A stretch of 64,000 nucleotides of DNA from Sphaerodactylus townsendi (taxonomy: Eukaryota): assembly GCF_021028975.2 (NCBI RefSeq), contig NC_059427.1, positions 124,806,001 to 124,870,000 of the forward strand, read 5' to 3'. Below the pieces are notes generated by a model that had not been told where the DNA came from, made no database searches, and saw nothing but the letters and a program-made list of their open reading frames with translations. Each line of letters begins with the position of its first letter. The first letter of the stretch is position 1. The translations under genes and the position numbers were made by a program. Of the stretch, positions 1-21,159 are shown in pieces.

Positions 1-729
1 AGACTGTTGCAGCTTTAACGGCCCTCACAGAATGCAGGAGCATTCCCCGTGGAAGTTACCCATCCTCCTTTCTTCAAATAAATATTTTCAGAAGTACACA
101 ATTTTCTTATTATCATCTTTGAGGAAACCACTACCATTTTATGAGTCTAACAATTTCAGGGTATAATTCCTTAAATGCAAAACTTTTAAAAACCATAATG
201 GCCTTATATCAGTACAAGATTGAGAATGATTTTCAGGCACAGGAAAAATAAACCATCCTACAGTCAGTAATAGATGTGCATAGGAGCACTGAGACTACTG
301 TGTTGTTCGTATGCCCCAGTTTGTCAACCATCTGAGCCATTTTCACTCTGTAAGCATTTCTGGACTATAATTGTTCTATGTATGAAAAAGATATAGCAGA
401 ACAAGCCGCCTCATTATTGGGGATAGGGTATGATCCTCTGCAGTGTCCATATGTGAACTGTTAAGATCAGAGAACTCTGTAGTACATTCTGCTGATACGT
501 TCAAGTGAGGTTTCTCTCCCCCACCCCCAGGTAACACTATCACTGCATACTCCATGGGTGTACTGGATCACATAATGTTGGCTTGCCAGCTATAGTTCCT
601 TCCAGTCCTCAAGCTATATACAACTGTAGCATTTTACCAGCTTCTGCTCCTGTAAGAACAGTATTCGTTATTTTCTCTCACTCTCTAAACCTTGACAGGA
701 ATTGAGGCAAAGGGCTTGAGGAATGGACT

Positions 730-735
730 TTTATT
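730..735 (-). terminator. Candidate polyadenylation signal of the 14-3-3-like gene
   Basis: TTTATT on + (AATAAA on -), about 170 nt downstream of the stop. Confidence 0.6.
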
Positions 736-901
736 TCTAGTAGGGTATTAAAAAGCTGAAGACATCTGCACCTATCTTGTTCATTTAGGGGATGGATCTG
801 GTACCTGGATGAACACAAATACTAAGAATGTATCACACAGCTACCCATCATTAGCTCCCATGATTCTGTTCACTATGGCTATTTGTTGGTTCCGGACTCT
901 A

Positions 902-1648
902 TTAGTCTTCAAACTCTCCCTCATCACTCTCCTCCTCCTGTGGTTGTTGGTCACCAGTCCACTGTAGAATGCTGTCCCTTAGGTTCTGCATGATAACGGT
1001 GGATTCCTTGTAGTACTCTAAACTAAGGGTCTCCAAGCCAGCGATGGCCATATCAAAAGCAGACCTTGCTAGTCTAGTTGCCTGTTGAGGGTTGTTGACA
1101 ACCTCATAGTAAAAGGTAGAGTAATTCAGGGCTAGTGCCAGGACCAAGGGATGAGTAGGTTCCATACACCATTGACTGATTTCCTGAGCCTCCCCATAGG
1201 CTGTCTCTGCAGACTTCACTAAAGTCTCTTTGGCATCAGGCAGGGCTACTTCAGCTAAGTAGCGATAGCTGTCTCCTTTCATTTTCAAGTAAAAGGCTCG
1301 GCTTTCATAATCTGTCTCACCGCAATGTTTCAATAGCATATTGTCTAACAGGCCAAGACTCTCCCAGCACTGAGTTTCCAGCTCTTTCTTAATGATCTCA
1401 CGGTAGGCTTGAGCTTGCTCTTTCTGCTTTCCAACAGTCTGCTCCACAGGGTACCTTAGCTGACGCCAAGAGGAGCAGTGTTGTCGTATTAGGAATGTAT
1501 AGGCCTCAGAAAGCAAGGTCCTTTCCTCATGGGTCAATGGATCCTTTCCTTCCATCACAAGCTGCTTCATGGCAGCAGCCATATCTGTGTATCTGCCACA
1601 TTGTTCTGCTAGCTGTGCTGCCTGCACCAGCTGCTTGCGACTCAGCAT
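902..1648 (-). CDS. Intronless, divergent 14-3-3 gamma-like protein (probable YWHAG-derived retrogene), 248 aa
   Basis: First ATG at 1648 (MLSRKQLVQAAQLAEQ, cf. gamma MVDREQLVQKARLAEQ); TAA at 902-904; no frameshift. Gamma-type segments: DMAAAMK, LLDN, CGETDYES, FYLKMKGDSYRYLAEVA, PTHP, LALNYS, WTGDQQ. The track start at 1795 is a TTG. Confidence 0.93.
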   Translation of the reverse strand: MLSRKQLVQAAQLAEQCGRYTDMAAAMKQLVMEGKDPLTHEERTLLSEAYTFLIRQHCSSWRQLRYPVEQTVGKQKEQAQAYREIIKKELETQCWESLGLLDNMLLKHCGETDYESRAFYLKMKGDSYRYLAEVALPDAKETLVKSAETAYGEAQEISQWCMEPTHPLVLALALNYSTFYYEVVNNPQQATRLARSAFDMAIAGLETLSLEYYKESTVIMQNLRDSILQWTGDQQPQEEESDEGEFED

Positions 1649-1743
1649 TGACAAGGAGAGACTGAAGATTTCAGACAGGCCTGTATGGATCAGGGGATGG
1701 GTTGTACAGTATGACACAGGTAACAAATGTTGACATAGGGACA

Positions 1744-1789
1744 GGAAAATTCTGGAATGTTCTAGGAAAGTTCTGGAACATTCTTGAAC
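1744..1789. promoter_or_regulatory. Heat shock element array (9 alternating nGAAn units)
   Basis: gGAAaaTTCtgGAAtgTTCt-a-gGAAagTTCtgGAAcaTTCttGAAc: 4 perfect units, a 1-nt slip, then 5 perfect units, about 100-140 bp upstream of the 14-3-3-like ATG. Confidence 0.75.
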
Positions 1790-2815
1790 AGCCAACCTAT
1801 TTCACACAAGCCGTGTGGCATTCTTTTGTCATGCTAAGTTTACAAAATTCTACTAAATGAATGATTTAGCAATCCTCCAGGGCAACTGATATGTGTAGAG
1901 TCTGAACAGAGGAGGTGAGTGTTAGGACAATCAAACGGAAATGTGGATTTAGCAGAGATGTGATTTAGCTGGACACTACAAATGACAGAATTCCAACGAT
2001 GTTGCAGATACTACACAATGACAGTATAAGAAGGCACAACACAACAAATCATTATTTGTAACCACTATAAGAAATGCAAAGCAAGGTGGTAACTTTTATT
2101 GGGCCACAAGTTATTTAAAAATTAATCAAATGAATTCACACTTATTGGTATGTAGCGATTTATAACCTTCTCCCCCTCCCCTTCTTTTTTACAAAGTTTG
2201 AAAGTGAGGGAATAATGATAAAATATAGTTCAAACAACAATAATCAGAGTACATGGAAGTAAAAAATACCAAACCACATAAAAAACCAACAACAATATAT
2301 GTGGACACCCCATCTTTAGTGATTTAAGAGAACTATGTATATAATGTAACCTGTTATGGCCTGATACCACAAACTGGTAAGAAATTAGACAAAGTAGTAC
2401 TTCCCATTTTCTTTGAGAGGGTGAAAGGGGGAGAGAGGGAGGTGGAATAGGGCAGGCAAGCAGTACAAGTCAGAAATTTAAACTAGTTTCATCCCTGGCA
2501 GTAGTCCACACTAGTGATTTATTTTATGTACATACCTCACCTTTCTCCCCAACAGAGGGAACCTAAAACAGCACACATATCCAAAGTGCATAGGATTAGC
2601 AGCCTCCAGGTGGGGCCTTTACTACTCCCGGCGGCCTTGAGCCTGGCCTTTGCAGGTATAGGGTGGGGTATAAATATAATAAAATAAGAATTAATCCATC
2701 TGATCTTCAGACTACAGAGCTTGGTTCCCTTGAAGGAAATAACAGCTTGGAAGGATGGGCTCTGCCTGAAGTAACACATCCCAGTCTAGTTCTCTCCCTT
2801 TATCAAACTCTATCC

Positions 2816-3271
2816 CAGTGGTGGCAAACCTATGGCACGGGTGCCAGAGATGGCACTCAGAGCCCTCTCTGTGGGCATGTGCAAACAAAGTTGCACCCCC
2901 CCCCCCACACACACACACACATATCTAGGCTGGCCTGGGCCACTGGGCTCAATTATTAGCATTAAACCTAAGACCTAGTTTTGGGGACGCAGTGTAGATA
3001 ACCCTGTTAAGCGCTGTTAAACCCCACTGATTTTCATACGAAGAACTAAAGCGCGATCCTTTACCTGCGAGTAAGCTCGGTTGCTTCAAAGCAAAGCCAC
3101 CGACTACCACCAAGCTTACTCCTGAGTAACGCACGCCTGGGAGCCAACCGTTTTTTTCTAAACTAAAACCTCAGTATTCAGGTTAAATTGCCGTGTTGGC
3201 ACTTTGCGATAAATAAGTGGGTTTTGTGTTGCAATTTGGGCACTCGGCCTCGAAAAGGTTCGCCATCACTG
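2816..3271. mobile_element. Non-autonomous hAT DNA transposon
   Basis: TIRs CAGTGGTGGCAAACCT...AGGTTCGCCATCACTG; perfect 8-bp TSD CTCTATCC at 2808-2815 and 3272-3279. Confidence 0.9.
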
Positions 3272-3707
3272 CTCTATCCTCTCCAGGCATCATCCCCAGT
3301 TATCCAGGAATTTCACGAACCGGAGTTGGTATTCTACATTGCACACACTTATCCAGAGATACATTATAAATTATTAATAGATGGGATTTACCCTTGCGCG
3401 CGCGTTTCAGAAATTAAGCCAGGGTTGGAGGGATCTCCAATAGCAACAGGGTTCAGAGGAACGAGGAAAGCTCTTTGGTTGCAAGTTCGAGGGCAGGATC
3501 CGAGTGCTTTCCGGAGACGACGGCGTTGGAAACAGGAGGGAGGTCTCTCCGCGAGAGGCGGATCCCGGGACTGCGAGACAGATCAATGGCGGAGAAGCGG
3601 CCATTCGGAGAGGGGCAAAATGGGGGCGTTTCTTCGGGCCTTATGTGGCGCGGGGTTATTTCCGCCCCCGGAGGCGAACTCTTAACTTGACGCGGCCGTC
3701 CTCTGGG

Positions 3708-7815
<4,108 letters not shown>

Positions 7816-7993
7816 AGCACAGTGTGCTCCATTCTCTATGGAAATGCATCTCAGTTGATTATCCAGCCATCCTGAAGAGGGTGAAGAGAATGATCCACTA
7901 GTAGGACATGTGAAATTAGTAAAAAAAATACAGATGCCCCCTTTTCTTGTTCTGGACCTTAAGAAATCATGACTCCTTACTTATGGAGAAATG

Positions 7994-7999
7994 TTTATT
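7994..7999 (-). terminator. Probable RAC3 polyadenylation signal
   Basis: First AATAAA seen on - downstream of the RAC3 stop (8745). Confidence 0.65.
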
Positions 8000-8744
8000 G
8001 TATAAAATAAGAGGTGTTCAGCTCATCACTCTACACGATGATTAAAAACTGGACCTGTTTCCATCCTAACCCTCCAAAGCTCCGCCTGCTCCATCCCCAA
8101 TACATCACAACTGACCAAAAAAAGGGGTTGGCCATCACCCTGCCATCTGGTTCCTTTTTCGTCTTGAGCTCCTGCCAAACAGCCCTGTCCTCCCCAAACT
8201 GTACAAGGTAAAGTGACTTTCGTCCTCCTCCGCATCTTTGGGAGGGCTGACGGTCAGCAAACCAGCTTTGGAGCAGCACACAGGCTGATGCCCTGGGAAG
8301 CAAAAACAGCTTTGGATGGCACAGAGCTGCTTAGCTAGTGTCTCACATAATAAAGCACTAATGGCTGTTTCGTCAACCTGTGTCTCATTTGTCTTTCCAC
8401 CCCCCACTGGGGTAGTTACCTGCTCCCACCACAGTGCTCTAGCACCAATTGAAATAGTATAAAGGGCGGCTCTTTCTATTCACGCACTACCCCCTGGCAT
8501 GGATTCATGGAGAGCATGCCCCTCCCACTGCTGCGCCCTGGGGTGGGACAGCATCGAGCTCCTCTTTCTCCCATGCGGCCCTTTTTACATTGACACAGAC
8601 GTTAAATCAAAGAGACATTTAAAAAACACTGACTTCGTACATGATGAAGGGCCCCGCCTCTCCCACTGCGGGAACACCCAGAGAACGCTCCTTCCTTGAA
8701 CACACAAGGAGAAGACACTCATAACATGCTGAACTCAGATGACC

Positions 8745-16185
<7,441 letters not shown>

Positions 16186-19100
16186 CTGCCCCGGGAGCGC
16201 GGTGGGCAGGGATGGCGGCGACCGGCTGCCTTGCTCGGCTTCCTTAGCTATGGATGCAGCCCGCAGCCGCAGTGAGCGAGCGAGGGCAGCACAAGACAGA
16301 CAGCCACGGAGAGACAGACCCGGAGCCGGGCGGGGCCGGGTGGGAGGAGGGACGGGGGGAGAGCGGCAGGCAGGCAGCCCCTCTTCGCCTCCACTCTCGG
16401 GTAGGGGCTCGTGTGAAAGGAAGCGGAGCAAAGGGAGCGGCTCCCACCTCCAGGGGTCCCACCCGTGTAGCCAACTGGATCCTGGAGCACTCAGCACTTT
16501 AGGACCCAACAGGATGCGTCGGAGTTGGGAGCAACCAGCGGTATCTTAGCAACTAACTAGCGCTCGGGCGCCTCGCGGAGCTACCACCCGCAGCAGAGGG
16601 AAAGCATCTTTAAGGCAGGCAGGGTTGTGGCACAAGGCCTCGGCTCCTTTTAGGGATCCGGGACTGAGGAGCTTCCTTTTCCCAGTAGGCAATATATCCA
16701 CCTCTTCTGCCACCAGAGCGAACCTTTTCTTAGCAGAAGGGTGCTTCATCCGTTGAGTTTCTGCCTGCCATGCAGCATTTAACAACGCAGGAGCCCTGCT
16801 GTTGGGGGGAAAGTGGCAAGGCTGCCTGCTGCTCAAGTAACTCTGTGCATGACAATTAGTTTGATGCAGCAGCGCTAGAAGGCTGAGGAAGGGGGGCAAT
16901 CTTCTGTGAAAAGGGCTGGAAAGTGATAGGTCAGCTCCCATCTCTACCCTCCAAAGCAGACTGCCAACAAATCTCATTGCCTTGGCCGCCATCAGAATGT
17001 CCACACATCCCTTGTACCTTGGCTAGCAGCTAGAGGGCCAGATTTGGGTCTGAAGTCTCCGGTGGTTGCTCTTAATCTATGAGGTTACAATTTCCACTCA
17101 TATACAAGATGCTGATTACAAGCCAATGCAGAAATGCAAATGGTAAGCAATTCAGTGGTTGAGGCCTGAGGCAGCCGCAGACACCATAATGCCAAATCAT
17201 TCTATCAAGCAGGCACCAAACTCAACACAAATTTCCCTCTCCCCATCTTGGCAAGAAGAAGGGATGCAGCAGCCACAAAACTGTCAACTCCCAAGGATGA
17301 ATTTATCAGCCTCACTAGTCTGGCCAGAGAACTTCCAGAAATAAGTCCAGATAATATGTCTAGAATTCCAGTCACTGAACTCAAACTTCACAGGTAGTTC
17401 GGGCCTTTATATCCCTGTAATTTCAGTGAATTCACTGGTTCGATATACCAGCTATCTATTCTGAACAATTAAATTCTAAAAAGTGATTCTGACTTTTGTT
17501 GATATCATTGGTTAAATAGTTATAAAATATTTTCTTCAACATAACAGCATACTGATACTGCTGTTTGTCATTTAACTTTGAACGTCTGCAAGACTGAGCC
17601 TTTACAACTAAATGAGAATCTTTCACAGCTGAAATCTGAAATATTGCTCCTTTCTACAAGGAATAATTGATCTAATTATATTGTTGTATGTGACACTTGA
17701 GGCAGATTCACTTCAAACCCATTCCATTTCCAGCATACCAATACTGAAGGAATTTCCATGTAATTCATAGATCCAGCTTTTTCATTTCCTACATCAATAA
17801 CTCAAAGACACACATTGGCTAAGAGGTGTCTTACATTAAAATAGCTTTTTCTTCTTTGTCATATAGTATCGCCAAACATAAGTGCAAAGTGCAAGAGAGG
17901 CTCAAAGTGTCATGCGTGAAAATTCCCCGCTTCCCTGACACACATTACAGAAGCCTCGAATCTGCTGATTTGCTGATAGATGCTGATTTGCTGCCCTTTT
18001 GTATCAACTCCCTAGAATGCAGGACAAGCCCAAGAGGGAACAAATTTCTGCCTTCCTACAGAAGCAGTCAAATCTCATTAGACAACTGAGTTGGATTTTT
18101 TAATACTCTGATAAAACAAAGGCCCTGGGGCACTGTCTGTATATGCATGCAAGAGGAAGAAGTGTCTTTGCTGCTGGCCAGTGGGCTGCTAGGTGCTGAT
18201 TATTCCAGACAGGCGTGAATGAACTACACTCCAATTCTTTCCAGAACCACTTACAGCAAATTCTGAAAAGAGCAAAGGTAATCATGGCCTAGTGTTACCC
18301 TTTTCCTCACTGCACTGCCTTTGCAAACAATCCTGTTCAGCCATCAGCTCTGCTGTCTGGTTTCTACCATAGAATGTGCTGCTGTTCTTTATGGGTAGGA
18401 CCCCAAATTGCTAAAGATGGCAAAGATTTGGAATTATACCTCAAGTGTCAATTTTATCTCACTTTTCCTCCAAAGAGTTCAGGGTCCTTCCCATTTTATT
18501 CTCACAACAACCCTGTGAGGTAGGCTGAAACAGTACCAGTGGGACTGGTTCCGGGCCACCAAGCAAGCTTCGTGCCAAAATGGGAGATTTGAAGCTCAGC
18601 ATCCCAGATCCTAATCTTACTGCTGCACCCACCAGCCCTCTGTATACACTACAAAATATCCCTGCAACTCTCTTGATCAGGTACTAATAATGAACCTAAA
18701 CAGATCAAAAGGATTACAAGCCACTTAAAAAACCCTACAGAACACCATAGAAGACATGTGTCACTTGAAACCGCCTTGGTTGATTGCTACCAAGGCAGAA
18801 ATCCTGTCCTCATAGTAACTTGAAGGTGAGGCAGCCACGACATAAGATTGTTGCCACTTTGACTGAGACTTTAAAAGGGTTTTTTTCTTCATCAAGGGAG
18901 AGGATAAAAGAAACATTACTCCAACTACAGAAGAAAAGCACTCAAAGCAGCCCTATCTTGGGCTAAGAGGCTACTAGTATTGTTACATTAGGAAGAGCTA
19001 TATTCGTCTAACTCCAACAGGTTTAGCAGGGTTTAATTCTTGTTTAGGATTGTGCTGTAAATGTCTGATATTTGTTTGCCCATTTCACTAACTACAAACA

Positions 19101-21159
19101 ATTAGATGAATGGCTAAATTACCTGAAATGCTGACATAACATTTCCCTATACATGTTGTATGTTCCCGACATGTTCCCTATACAACTGCTGTATAAGGGT
19201 GTTTTGGCATGGGGAGGAAGGGGCTTGCTTATTCTGGCTGCAGTCCCACTTCTCTGAGTGAGAATAAGCCAGAGGGACATTTTCGACTGAGGAAGAGTTA
19301 AAGTTGTTGCTCCTTCTCCAGTACCATGATCCCAATCGGCCCTTTCCTTGTGGCTGCTTTTATGGCCAAATTAAATGTGTCCCATTCCAGTCACAGGTAC
19401 TTCCTTTACTTGTTCTACAGTCCAACCCAGAGTCCCTGGCGGTGGGACACAGCACCACTGTGGTGCCCATCACCTCCAAAAGAGGACTTCTCAGCAGTAT
19501 GGGGAGGCAAAAAACAAAACAAGACTCCCCACTACCAAAAAGCCTTCCATTGGGATCTATGGACTTATGCCACCTTTCCAAGCATTGGGTGCTGGCATGC
19601 TGGCAGGTAAAGGCTGGGTGGATGCTGACTAACGTCAGCTCCAACCTCAGCCACACCTCCAGAATGCTCCCACTACACTGGGGAGGAACACTGCAATGGC
19701 CACCCCAAGCTGATTTGCTGTGGGGTAAGTACCCCAGGGAGAGCAAATGTGCCGGTGTGGCTCCGTGCCATCTCCATAGACAGATTGGCCCCCCGTTGAA
19801 TTGGGCCAAACAAAACAAAATTCTGTTTTCCTTTTGAAAGGCTAGTTGAATTGCTTCGGGCAAAATAGTCCAAATTTCTGAAAAACTGGGGATACATTGC
19901 TTTATCATGAAAAATGTGTTAAGAAATCATTTTCCCAAATGTGGCAGGTGAGGGAAACAATGTTTAAAAAAGTTAAATTCCATTATCTTCTAGATGCACA
20001 TTCTTTGAAACTGAAATGAACTTGGGAGAAAAAGCTGAAGGTTTCAGATATTTCCCATTAATATCTGCAAACAAAAATGAATTCGCCAATTTATATTCCT
20101 AATTCATAGGGAAGATGACTGAAGTGTACCATTGTCACATGGACATATAAAGCAGCTATATATACATGATAAAACATACAAGGAGCATAAAATATATGTA
20201 TTTAAAGACACTAAATGCAAACCGGCTCTTGAAGTTAGGCCGAAATGAGCATGTCTTTTCCCTCCTGGTTTAAAAATGAAGAGTTAGAATTTAACAGGAA
20301 GTTTGCCATCCCTGAGCTCATCTCCTCCAGGAAAGAAGGAACACAGCAAACTGTAGGAGCCAGTCCCAACCCCTAAACCACCATTCTACCTATTTAAATT
20401 CTGTCATGTGTGAAGAGCGACAAGTGACTCTTCTGAATAACAATAAAGCAGGACGTCTTATATACCTATTGAGATACTTGATCTGTAGTGTGAAGGCCCA
20501 AGAAATTACACACTGGTGCCAGCATCTTGCTCTCTATATACTTCAGAAAGCTTCAGCAATGCTGCTATGCCCAGGCACAAAAGATAAATGATATATGCAC
20601 TTTAAAAAGGCTGTGAAACAGGACAAGCAGCTTCTGCTTCAACCAGGCCCCCCACATGATCATGAAGGCTGTGTGGATCAGAGGGTTTTTTTCATGTCAA
20701 CATACATGATTGCCATGGAAGTGAAACAGTGCCACAGAAAGTCCTGCATGAGTGATGATTTGTTGATAGTGGAGATTTTCACTTGCTACTCCAATGCAGT
20801 TTTTCCAGGCACAATCCTAGCACAAGGATAAAGGTGTAAGTGTGCAGAGGAGGACATTTTTGGCCCCTACCTCATGCAAACAGATGAACTACAGGTTAGA
20901 TCCTGGAATGAATGGCTGTCACTTACAGCCTTAAAACGTGGCTTGTAGATTTGAACAAGGCTGTGCTTGGCTACAGACAGCTGCAGGTCCCTGAATGACA
21001 GGCCATGCTCAGGCAATCTCCAATGCAATGTCGCAAGGTCAAAATGAAACAGGAAGTCAAAATCTAGGCTATCCCACATGCCTCACATGCTGACCCCAAT
21101 CTTCATTCTGGGACTCCCCATTTGTGGAAGTCAGGATAAAGTCCTTCAAGACTTATGGC

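Noticed and set aside
1649-1795. 49-aa N-terminal extension of the 14-3-3 ORF in the track
   Set aside because: Starts at TTG, has no 14-3-3 similarity and runs through the HSE; ATG 1648 aligns with the canonical Met1.
19304-19908. Overlapping 177/182-aa ORFs between RAC3 and LRRC45
   Set aside because: Non-homologous peptides over a GC-rich repeat resembling those at about 38330-38590 and 40908-41698.
19000-21159. LRRC45 polyadenylation site
   Set aside because: No canonical AATAAA seen; only variants (TATAAA near 20090, ATTAAA near 19032), so not called.
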